This document shows, piece after piece, positions 18,684 to 26,276 of a stretch of DNA of 26,276 nucleotides. The DNA is from a candidate division WOR-3 bacterium (GTDB taxonomy: Bacteria; Hydrothermota; Tepidihabitantia; Tepidihabitantales; CAIPLT01). The first letter of the stretch is position 1; each line of letters starts with the position of its first letter. Where the stretch lies: the NCBI GenBank assembly GCA_965649215.1, contig CBFGJZ010000023.1:1-26276 (forward strand), in the 5' to 3' direction. The notes under the pieces are model-generated. The model was not told the origin of the DNA, did not search any database, and saw nothing but the letters and a program-made list of their open reading frames with translations. The position numbers were made by a program, and so were the translations under genes.

Positions 18684-19898
18684 ATGGTTAATAGCATTAT
18701 AGCAATCTTTTTGGGCTATCTATTGGGCTCAATACTACCTGCATACTTTCTATCAAGGTGGATAAAAGACATTGATATAAGAAAAATTGGTACGGGCAAT
18801 GCAGGGACAACCAATGTTATTAAAACAATCGGTATAATTCCTGCCATTCCCACTGCAATTTATGATGTCAGTAAAAGCATTCTCGCAATTATCATTGCCA
18901 GACAAATCTTTCATACTTCATCAATAATTGCTTATCTTAGCGGGTTTGCAGCGATTTTAGGCCATATCTTTCCCTTTTATATCGGTTTTCGAGGTGGACA
19001 AGGCGCGGCTAGTGCTACCGGGCTTTTACTTTATAATCTATATCAACTTTTTTTTATTAGTAAATCTCAGTTGGTCATTTTGGATTTATTACTTCTGATT
19101 TTAACCATCGTCATAATGATTATTATCTCTCATATTCAAGAACTTATTGCAATTACCGTACTACCCCTTTTCGGCTTTTTCTTAATCTATCGTTTACCCC
19201 CACGAATTGAAGTCATCACTAGTTTGATTATCATTACTTACCTTTTTGCCTTAGCCATTTATAATATTATCAAGTTTAACCTATATACGATTGATTATGA
19301 AAATTACCCTGATTTTAGATTATGGCGCACCTTAATTAGGCCTGCGGCGATGGCGTTCCCAATTTTAAGTTTTTTCATCTCAAAATCATCTTTGATTACC
19401 TTAATTGGCACGGTTCTAGCAATTTTTTTCATAACTGATGTTGTCCGGATCTTACATAAAAGAGTGGGGCGGTTTTTTATCCATGATATCAGAAAATCAA
19501 TTACAATTTATAAAGATAAAGAACAAGTTAGAATTTCATCAATGACACTTTTCTTGCTTGGTTGCTTTCTCAGTTTTCTGTTATTTGAACGGACAATTGC
19601 ATTTTGTGTAATGGTCTTTTTAATATTTGGCGACCTTTCTGCTAAGATGCTTGGTTTGGCTTATGGCAAACATAAACTTTTTAATAAGACTTTAGAAGGC
19701 TCATTAGCCCACTTATTAGCGTGTCTTGTCTTGGGTTATATACTCCATCTCTTTGTTTATATGCCAAGTAGTCTAATCTTTATTGGTGCTTTTGTCGCCA
19801 CGATAGTTGAAGTTCTGCCTTTTAATATTGATGATAATTTATCCGTCCCCGTCATCACAGGTGCAATATTAACTATTGGTCTTCAACTTATTAAATAA
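18684..19898 (+). CDS. PlsY-like glycerol-3-phosphate acyltransferase domain fused to a CTP-dependent lipid kinase-like domain (DGK1/SEC59/VTE5 family)
   Basis: N-terminal GYLLGSI..DIRKIGTGNAGTTNV..GHIFP...FRGGQG. C-terminal FGDLSA...G..YG...KTLEGSLA...IDDNLSVP. Confidence 0.85.
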   Translation: MVNSIIAIFLGYLLGSILPAYFLSRWIKDIDIRKIGTGNAGTTNVIKTIGIIPAIPTAIYDVSKSILAIIIARQIFHTSSIIAYLSGFAAILGHIFPFYIGFRGGQGAASATGLLLYNLYQLFFISKSQLVILDLLLLILTIVIMIIISHIQELIAITVLPLFGFFLIYRLPPRIEVITSLIIITYLFALAIYNIIKFNLYTIDYENYPDFRLWRTLIRPAAMAFPILSFFISKSSLITLIGTVLAIFFITDVVRILHKRVGRFFIHDIRKSITIYKDKEQVRISSMTLFLLGCFLSFLLFERTIAFCVMVFLIFGDLSAKMLGLAYGKHKLFNKTLEGSLAHLLACLVLGYILHLFVYMPSSLIFIGAFVATIVEVLPFNIDDNLSVPVITGAILTIGLQLIK

Positions 19899-19946
19899 TC
19901 TCTGGCAAGTAATAATATTAGAGAAGTTAAACTAAAGATCGATTAA

Positions 19947-20309
19947 TTATACTCCTGCTTCTCTTAGTTCTTCTTCTGATAGCCCATAATAATGTCCAAT
20001 TTCATGCGTTATCACTTTACTAATCAATTCTTTAATTGCCTCTTCGTTATTAGCAATCCTTTCAATGGGCTTTTGATAGATAATTATCTTATCAGGTAAA
20101 ACATTTCCATACCAAAAGCCCCTTTTGTTATACGGAATCCCCTGATAGGTGCCTAATAATTCATATTTACCCCGCTTCATTTTAGTCAAAATCTCCTCTG
20201 ACGGGAAATCTTCAATTATAATACTTACATTTTCCAGTTTATCTCGGAAAAACTTGGGCAATGCTTTAACTGCTTCAATTACATACTGTTCAAACTTATC
20301 TTTTTCCAT
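19947..20309 (-). CDS. Zincin-like metallopeptidase (DUF1025 type)
   Basis: LLGTYQGIP, PDKIIIYQKPI, HEIGHYYG. Confidence 0.88.
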   Translation of the reverse strand: MEKDKFEQYVIEAVKALPKFFRDKLENVSIIIEDFPSEEILTKMKRGKYELLGTYQGIPYNKRGFWYGNVLPDKIIIYQKPIERIANNEEAIKELISKVITHEIGHYYGLSEEELREAGV

Positions 20310-20317
20310 AAATTTTA

Positions 20318-21025
20318 TTATGTTAAACGACTCCCAAAAATCGCAGTCCCGACTCTTATCATATTTGCTCCTTCTTCAATAGCGACCTCATAATCCGAAC
20401 TCATTCCCATTGACAAATATGGTAACTTAAGCCTAAACTCTGCTTCAATTTTCTCTTTTAACTCGTAAAGCTTTCTAAAACAAGGTCTTGATTGCTCTTT
20501 ATTTTGAATGGCAGTGATGGGACCCAATGTCATTAACCCCATTAACTTAACATTAGATAACTTTAAGATTTCAGCAACCAAATTAAATAAACCTGACTCC
20601 CTTATCCCAAATTTACTCTCTTCCTGAGCTGTATTGACTTCAATTAAAACAGGAATGGTCTTATTCACAGCAAGTGCTCTTTTTTGGATTTCTAATGCAA
20701 GATGAAGAGAATCAACGCTTTGTATCATAGAGAATATCTCTAATGCTTTTTTTACTTTGTTGGTTTGTAAATGGCCAACTAAATGCCATTCAACTTGATG
20801 TGGTATATAGGGGTATTTATCATCTGCTTCCTGAACCCGATTCTCACCGATAACTTTAATTCCATTATTTATAGCAATTATTATTTTTTCGACAGGGACT
20901 GTTTTTGTAACCGCTACCAATGTAATTTCTGATGCTTGGCGATTTACTTTAGCCGCTGCAATGGCTATTTTTTCATAAACCCGTGCCAGATTCTCTTTAA
21001 TCTCAATATCTTCCATATTTACCAT
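20318..21025 (-). CDS. yggS: PLP homeostasis protein
   Basis: LVAVTKT, GENRVQE, WHLVGHLQTNK, LSMGMSSDY..AIEEGANMIRVGTAIFG. Confidence 0.95.
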   Translation of the reverse strand: MVNMEDIEIKENLARVYEKIAIAAAKVNRQASEITLVAVTKTVPVEKIIIAINNGIKVIGENRVQEADDKYPYIPHQVEWHLVGHLQTNKVKKALEIFSMIQSVDSLHLALEIQKRALAVNKTIPVLIEVNTAQEESKFGIRESGLFNLVAEILKLSNVKLMGLMTLGPITAIQNKEQSRPCFRKLYELKEKIEAEFRLKLPYLSMGMSSDYEVAIEEGANMIRVGTAIFGSRLT

Positions 21026-21030
21026 AAAAG

Positions 21031-21060
21031 ATTATAACCCTAACTAATGCTCAATGTCAA
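21031..21060 (-). promoter_or_regulatory. Consensus sigma70 promoter for yggS
   Basis: TTGACA (21060-21055), 18 bp, TATAAT (21036-21031). Confidence 0.7.
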
Positions 21061-21186
21061 GAAAAACTCACCCCCATATACCCCTTAAAGCATTCAGATA
21101 GAAATTTAGAGTGCTTTAACAATATAAGATAATATATTTCAATACCTTACATTAAATAATCATATCTAAATTTAACATCTTATATC

Positions 21187-21215
21187 TTGACATAAGTGAA
21201 AATTACGCTTATTAT
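21187..21215 (+). promoter_or_regulatory. Putative sigma70 promoter for the 3D-domain gene
   Basis: TTGACA 21187-21192, 17 bp, TATTAT 21210-21215. Confidence 0.6.
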
Positions 21216-21223
21216 ATGTTATA

Positions 21224-21910
21224 ATGCTTATTTTAAGGTTAAAAGACCGCATAATGCGGTTTTTTGTATTTTTAATGGTTTTGGGATTGTCTTGTATCTA
21301 TCGTCCCGTTATTAAAGACGACCCAAACCGACCCGAGACCCGACTTTTACATATTGATATCAATAAATCAGAACAACCTGAACGCCTAAATTACAAATAC
21401 CTTGGCAAATTCAAAGTCACTTTTTATTGGATTGTGGAAGAAAAAGACTACAGCGGTCCTAAAACCACCCCTTTATTTTTGGAAAATGGCAAATTACTCG
21501 GCTATTTTCCATCAAAATTCGTATCCGATTTCCGTAAAGAATCCTGTGCTGAACTCAAAGATGGCCGTCGGATCAGTTATCTTAAGAAAAAGAATAAAGT
21601 AAGGATCGTTTCAGACTTTCTTGGTTATGGCGGATATACGTTAAAACCATTTATCTCAGTTGCGACAGACCCCAAAATCATTCCGACCGGGTCAAAATTA
21701 TACATCCCTGAGATGACCAAGATTGACCGGGTTATCTTAATTGGCTTAAACGACAAATATGAACCAGGTATTGTCTATGCCCATGATATTGGCAGTATGG
21801 TCTGTGACCATCATATCGATTTTTTTGTCGGTTACAAACGAAATATCAAACTATTTAATGATGCTGGAATTGAAAGTTCGGGTGTTGTCGATGTCTATCT
21901 TATTGAATAG
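21224..21910 (+). CDS. 3D (Asp-Asp-Asp, MltA-like) domain protein, probable lipoprotein
   Basis: VATDPKIIPTGSKLYI...AHDIGS.V...HIDFFVG. Hydrophobic stretch ending in lipobox-like LGLSC. True start may be 21254. Confidence 0.8.
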   Translation: MLILRLKDRIMRFFVFLMVLGLSCIYRPVIKDDPNRPETRLLHIDINKSEQPERLNYKYLGKFKVTFYWIVEEKDYSGPKTTPLFLENGKLLGYFPSKFVSDFRKESCAELKDGRRISYLKKKNKVRIVSDFLGYGGYTLKPFISVATDPKIIPTGSKLYIPEMTKIDRVILIGLNDKYEPGIVYAHDIGSMVCDHHIDFFVGYKRNIKLFNDAGIESSGVVDVYLIE

Positions 21911-22729
21911 GTCGTTAATTAAATAATCTGTTTCTAACCAGCCTTTATCTTTGATAAATCTCACCATCATCTCTTGCCACCATTTTTGATATAAGTCGCG
22001 TAAAGTCAAAAACTCAATCTTTTCATTTGCGCTTAAGGTATCAATTAATCGATTAAACTTATCAACCGACCATTCGGTAAAAACCATGGGCGCTCGACTG
22101 AGACGATGAAACAATAAAATTGTAATATCATTATTATTAATATACCTTACAACTTCATCAACTGTGGTTGTGTTTCTTACTTCTTTAACAGGTAATAAAT
22201 AACGGTCAACCCACAGATTAACTTGTCCCCAACGAACACTTCGGCCTAATTTATAATTCTCTCTTTTAGTAAGTTCAATGACTTTTCGGTTAACCGCTCC
22301 GTAGGGATATACAAAAGTAATAGTTTCCTGTTTAAAGAGCGAATCAAGTATTGCTTTTGACTGTCTTAATTCAGAGATTGCTTTTTCATGGGGCAATTTG
22401 GTCAAATCAGGATGGCTAACCGAATGGCTGGCGACTTCGATATCAAGTTGTTCTATCATCTCTTTGATTTCACCTTGACTCATAAATTGATACTCACTGG
22501 CATATTTGCGTACCTGATTAGACTTAGATAAATAAGAAGTAATCACTGCTAAAGTCATGGGAACTTGATAACGTTTTAAGATTGGGTAGGCGTATTTATA
22601 GACTGAATAATAACCATCATCAAAACAGATAACAACTATTTTTTTAGTAGCATCTTCATAACCATTACTAATATTACCAAATCCCACTAATCCTACTGTT
22701 AAAGCGACAATAAAAGCATTTTTTAGCAT
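21851..22729 (-). CDS. Polysaccharide deacetylase (CE4/NodB), exported
   Basis: Signal peptide, CFDDGY, SHSVSHPDL, FVYPYG, ILLFH. Confidence 0.88.
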   Translation of the reverse strand: MLKNAFIVALTVGLVGFGNISNGYEDATKKIVVICFDDGYYSVYKYAYPILKRYQVPMTLAVITSYLSKSNQVRKYASEYQFMSQGEIKEMIEQLDIEVASHSVSHPDLTKLPHEKAISELRQSKAILDSLFKQETITFVYPYGAVNRKVIELTKRENYKLGRSVRWGQVNLWVDRYLLPVKEVRNTTTVDEVVRYINNNDITILLFHRLSRAPMVFTEWSVDKFNRLIDTLSANEKIEFLTLRDLYQKWWQEMMVRFIKDKGWLETDYLINDLFNKIDIDNTRTFNSSIIK

Positions 22730-22824
22730 CGGTTTAAAAAGATGTAATCAACATAAATTCAGGTTCTAACAAGAGCATAGCATGGTAATAATTATTTATT
22801 GGAAAATAACTGTGTTAATGTTTT

Positions 22825-23874
22825 TCATTTCTTATTTTCATTCCCTTTGAAGCCAAAGTGAATTTGAGAACGATACTTTTTTTGACAAGCCTGATAGGCT
22901 AGTTCCGTCGCTTCACGACCGCGGGGGGTACGATGTAAAAATCCTTTTAGCACTAAAAACGGCTCATATACTTCTTCAATAGTTTCCGCACTCTCACCCA
23001 AGGCTACCGCCAAAGTATTTATACCAACTGGTCCGCCCGAAAATTTATCAATAATTGTTAACAATATCCGTTTATCCATTTCATCGAGACCATTCTTATC
23101 AACTTCTAACTTTTCTAAGGCGTAATCGACAATATCCTTATCAATTATTGATTTTTTATTAACCTGCGCAAAATCCCGAACTCTTCGTAAAAGTCGGTTG
23201 GCAACTCGTGGTGTACCACGAGCTCTCAAGGCAATCTCTTTTGCTGCATCTTCATAAATAGCAATATCCATAATTTTAGCTGACCGCTGAATGATTAAAA
23301 ACAGGTCTTCGGGTGGATAATAATCAAGATGAAACGAAATTCCGAACCGCGCTCGGAGCGGGGCTGTCAAAAGACCGGACCGGGTTGTTGCACCAATTAA
23401 GGTAAAATTCTTGATTGGAATTTTACAAGTGCGTGCTCCGGGTCCTTTATCTAACATTATATCAATTGTAAAATCATCTAAAGCAGGATATAAATACTCC
23501 TCAACTGATTTATTAGTACGATGCACCTCATCAATAAAAAAGATATCTTTATCTTCTAAATTAGTTAAAATGCCACAAAGATCGGCAGGGCGTTCTAACA
23601 CTGAACCGGTAGTTGCTTTAATTCCACTACCCATCTCATAAGCAATAATATTTGCCAATGTTGTCTTACCTAAGCCCGATGGCCCAAAAAGTAATACATG
23701 TTCTAATGGCTCTTGTCTTTCTTTGGCCGCAGTAATAAAGACTCGTAAATTATCTTTAATCTTGTTCTGACCAATAAATTCATCCAAAGTTCTCGGTCTT
23801 AACTTAATATCAAATATTTCATCGCCTTCAATACGATCGGGCGAGGTAATGCGTGTGGCTTTAGACTTAGTCAT
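22825..23874 (-). CDS. ruvB: Holliday junction branch migration ATPase
   Basis: LRPRTLDEFIGQ, GLGKTTLA, FIDEVHR, GATTRSG, RGTPRVANRLLRRVRD, TPRGR. Confidence 0.97.
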   Translation of the reverse strand: MTKSKATRITSPDRIEGDEIFDIKLRPRTLDEFIGQNKIKDNLRVFITAAKERQEPLEHVLLFGPSGLGKTTLANIIAYEMGSGIKATTGSVLERPADLCGILTNLEDKDIFFIDEVHRTNKSVEEYLYPALDDFTIDIMLDKGPGARTCKIPIKNFTLIGATTRSGLLTAPLRARFGISFHLDYYPPEDLFLIIQRSAKIMDIAIYEDAAKEIALRARGTPRVANRLLRRVRDFAQVNKKSIIDKDIVDYALEKLEVDKNGLDEMDKRILLTIIDKFSGGPVGINTLAVALGESAETIEEVYEPFLVLKGFLHRTPRGREATELAYQACQKKYRSQIHFGFKGNENKK

Positions 23875-23913
23875 TGCTTATATCCCTACTTATCCTGTCA
23901 ATGTCGATCATCT

Positions 23914-24468
23914 TTATCTTTGTTTTAAGATATCTTGAATGACATCGGTGACTGATTTACTCTGCCAGTCTTTAATTTTGCTTAATTTCTCATTGATTTC
24001 TTTGCGATTAAATCCCAAATTTAATAACGCTTGAACAATTTCTTTATGACTATCCGGCAATCCTTCCGTTGCTTGTTTAGACTTTCGTAAATTAAAAACA
24101 ATCATCTCTGATTTTTTTTCGCCAATACCAGGAATGGTTCTAAATAAAGAAACTTGATTTTCATCAATTGCTTTAATAATCTCAGTTGGACTGAGCCGAG
24201 ATAAAATATTAATCGCGGCTTTCGCGCCAACTCCACGCACACCAATTATCGTATTGAAAATATCTCTCTGTTCTGGATTTTCAAAACCATACAAACTAAT
24301 TTCATCTCGACTGATAACAGTTTGAACATATAATGTAACCGAAGAATTTACTTCAATTGACTTTGCCAACGGAAATGGCACCGTGATTGAAAAACCAACA
24401 CCTTGGCAATCAACAATAAAACTCATTGCTTTTTTATAAACAACCTTACCCCGCAACAACCCAATCAT
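23914..24468 (-). CDS. ruvA: Holliday junction branch migration protein
   Basis: MIGLLRG, LYGF, HhH motifs GVGAKAA and IPGIGEK, ALLNLGF. Confidence 0.93.
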   Translation of the reverse strand: MIGLLRGKVVYKKAMSFIVDCQGVGFSITVPFPLAKSIEVNSSVTLYVQTVISRDEISLYGFENPEQRDIFNTIIGVRGVGAKAAINILSRLSPTEIIKAIDENQVSLFRTIPGIGEKKSEMIVFNLRKSKQATEGLPDSHKEIVQALLNLGFNRKEINEKLSKIKDWQSKSVTDVIQDILKQR

Positions 24469-24962
24469 TTTCGTAAGCGATAAATACTGTTTAACTTTTG
24501 CATCGCTTCATAACAATAAGCCACTGCCAAAGCATCCGCAGCATGCTCATTAACTTTACCATCTAGTTTATAGAGTTTCCTCACCATATAATTTATCTGT
24601 GCTTTAGATGCCCTGCCATTGCCCGTAAGAACCTTTTTAACTTTTGCCGGGGTGACTTCAATGACCGGAATATTTAATTTAAATAACAGATAAAACAAAG
24701 CACCACGCAGATGGGCCGAATAAATCACGCTCCGAGCTGATTGTTGACGAAAAAAAAGACTTTCAATCACACAGACTTTGGGTTTGTGCCGTAAAATCAA
24801 TTTTCGCAAATTTGAAATAATTTTGGCAATTCGTTCTCCTAAGGGATAAGCATTATCTGTCCGCACCATGCCATAATCTAAACACTGCTCGTTTACCACA
24901 AAACCATAACCCGTAACCGACAAGCCGGGATCTAAACCTAAAATCCGATTAACTCTTGTCAC
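24465..24962 (-). CDS. ruvC: Crossover junction endodeoxyribonuclease
   Basis: ILGLDPG...TGYG, IES, TGNGRASKAQI, AADALAVA. Confidence 0.95.
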   Translation of the reverse strand: MTRVNRILGLDPGLSVTGYGFVVNEQCLDYGMVRTDNAYPLGERIAKIISNLRKLILRHKPKVCVIESLFFRQQSARSVIYSAHLRGALFYLLFKLNIPVIEVTPAKVKKVLTGNGRASKAQINYMVRKLYKLDGKVNEHAADALAVAYCYEAMQKLNSIYRLRK

Positions 24963-24994
24963 GAAAAACTAGTAGCAATCCCAACTATCAAAAA

Positions 24995-25759
24995 CTATTC
25001 GTTACCAACCGATGCTGAAAGTCGTTCCATTATATCTTCTGAAATATCAAAGTTAGCGAAAACTTTCTGGACATCTTCATGTGATTCTAATGCTTCATAC
25101 ATTTTAAGCACTCGCTCTGCAGTTTTCTCATCCAAAGTAACGGTGTTTTGAGGAATTTGTGTTAACTCGCTATGGCTAATCGTAATCTTTTCTGCTTCAA
25201 ATTGCTTTTTGATCTTTTCATAATTTTCTGGTGGCGTGATCACTTGATAAGAATCTGCATCAGTTTTAACATCATCCGCTCCTCCGTCCAAAGCAATCGC
25301 AAAGATTTTATCTTCGTCATTGCCACTCCGTGGAATAATAATGATACCTTTGGGTGAAAATTGCCAAGCGACACAACCTGCTGCGCCTAAATTTCCACCA
25401 TATTTAGAAAATATATGACGCATCTCAGCGGTAGTTCGATTCTTATTATCCGTAAGCGCTTTCACAATCATTGCCACACCGCCTGGTCCATAACCTTCAT
25501 AATCAACTTCTTCGTAACTTACTCCTGGTAGTTCACCGGTTCCTTTTTTAATTGCCCGTTCAATATTATCTGCAGGCATATTCACTGCTTTAGCCGATTC
25601 TATTGCAGTCCGTAAACGTGGATTAGCGGCGGGATCTCCACCACCAATTTTAGCGGCGGTCGTAATTTCACGAATCAATTTTGAAAATATTTTGCCTCGT
25701 TCAATATCAGCTTTACTCTTTTTATGTTTAATAGTTGCCCATTTCGAATGTCCTGACAT
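24995..25759 (-). CDS. yebC: YebC/PmpR family protein
   Basis: MSGHSKWATIKHKK, NPRLR, YEGYGPGG, TDNKNRT. AAGGAG RBS. Conserved yebC-ruvCAB order. Confidence 0.96.
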   Translation of the reverse strand: MSGHSKWATIKHKKSKADIERGKIFSKLIREITTAAKIGGGDPAANPRLRTAIESAKAVNMPADNIERAIKKGTGELPGVSYEEVDYEGYGPGGVAMIVKALTDNKNRTTAEMRHIFSKYGGNLGAAGCVAWQFSPKGIIIIPRSGNDEDKIFAIALDGGADDVKTDADSYQVITPPENYEKIKKQFEAEKITISHSELTQIPQNTVTLDEKTAERVLKMYEALESHEDVQKVFANFDISEDIMERLSASVGNE

Positions 25760-25798
25760 AAAATTATCTCCTTAAAGAAAAGTAAATAATCTAATAAT

Positions 25799-25826
25799 AG
25801 TTTATAACTATTTAGTTAAATGTCAA
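25799..25826 (-). promoter_or_regulatory. Putative promoter for yebC-ruvCAB
   Basis: TTGACA (25826-25821), 16 bp, TAAACT (25804-25799). Confidence 0.55.
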
Positions 25827-26003
25827 GAAAAAAGTAAGTAAAAGTAACAATCATAAATATAAATCAATAAAGAACACATCGCTAACATTAAAAATTATCT
25901 TATAAAAACATAATCTGACATTTCAATCATACCCCAAAAAGATTTCATTAATTCAGGGAAAAAAATCTGAAACAATAATTATATTATAAAACTAAATTAA
26001 CTA

Positions 26004-26031
26004 TTGACAATCTGCTGATTTATTATAAACT
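26004..26031 (+). promoter_or_regulatory. Putative promoter for the small Lys-rich ORF
   Basis: TTGACA 26004-26009, 16 bp, TAAACT 26026-26031. AT-rich UP-like region upstream. Confidence 0.6.
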
Positions 26032-26057
26032 AAAATTGTTAGAAGATAGGAGGCACT

Positions 26058-26117
26058 ATGCCGTGTATGAAAAAAGCAAAACCCAAGGCGAAGAAAAAGG
26101 TCGCCAAGAAAAAGTAG
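26058..26117 (+). CDS. 19-aa lysine-rich small protein MPCMKKAKPKAKKKVAKKK (not in the ORF track)
   Basis: AGGAGG at 26048-26053, ATG 26058 (alternative ATG 26067), tandem stops TAG TAA, promoter upstream and terminator immediately downstream. Confidence 0.75.
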   Translation: MPCMKKAKPKAKKKVAKKK

Positions 26118-26124
26118 TAAACTA

Positions 26125-26156
26125 AAAGGGGGCTTTAAGCCCCCTTTGTTTTTTTT
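26125..26156 (+). terminator. Rho-independent terminator
   Basis: aaagggggct-tta-agcccccttt stem followed by g and eight T. Confidence 0.9.
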
Positions 26157-26162
26157 ACCCAC

Positions 26163-26276
26163 ATGGACTTTCTATATCAAAGATTTCTTAAGTTAAGACC
26201 CACACAACAATTAATCCAAACCATTGAAAATTATCTAAGACACAATCAACCAAAACCACTGCTTGCAACAATCAAT
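26163..26276 (+). CDS. Possible 5' end of a CDS running off the window (MDFLYQRFLKLRPTQQLIQTIENYL...)
   Basis: ATG at 26163 with 38 open codons to the window end. No clear RBS or motif. Confidence 0.35.
   Translation, partial: MDFLYQRFLKLRPTQQLIQTIENYLRHNQPKPLLATIN

Noticed and set aside
13660-23874. Walker A variants GPTGTGKT (FtsH) and GPSGLGKT (RuvB)
   Set aside because: The changes are at a variable position. GKT and all other motifs are intact.
349-25357. Other short ORFs in the track (e.g. 349-597, 1206-1448, 4432-4725, 4843-5094, 6934-7161, 8770-8982, 11308-11598, 14658-15625, 16489-16671, 17191-17400, 20149-20382, 21402-21602, 23411-23641, 25172-25357)
   Set aside because: Shadow or alternative-frame ORFs overlapping well-supported genes, with no motifs or RBS.

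Overview
AT-rich bacterial chromosomal window using the standard genetic code (TGA ends hprK, the M50 protease gene, comF, ftsH, ruvB and ruvC). It is mostly housekeeping genes. In order: a secreted beta-propeller protein with a T9SS/Por-type C-terminal tail (suggests an FCB/WOR-3-like organism, inference only); a GNAT-YoaP acetyltransferase; hpf-hprK-EIIA(Man); an M20 hydrolase, a hypothetical gene, an M50 protease, lgt and comF; a Na/Pi symporter with phoU; a VTT/DedA protein; a class III aminotransferase followed by tilS-ftsH-dapA-dapB; a PlsY-like/CTP-kinase fusion; yggS with a zincin; a 3D-domain lipoprotein converging on a polysaccharide deacetylase; and yebC-ruvCAB. No rRNA, tRNA, CRISPR array or transposase was seen. 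Four things stand out. (1) A complete mini transcription unit (promoter, RBS, ORF, terminator) encodes a 19-aa Lys-rich peptide that the ORF track misses. (2) Two ~116-bp REP/RPE-like palindromic doublets sit in inverted orientation around the phosphate symporter-phoU pair, and one is in frame in the N-terminus of the VTT gene. (3) A PlsY-like domain with altered catalytic motifs is fused to a DGK1/SEC59-type kinase domain. (4) The secreted protein has a perfect 24-bp in-frame duplication.
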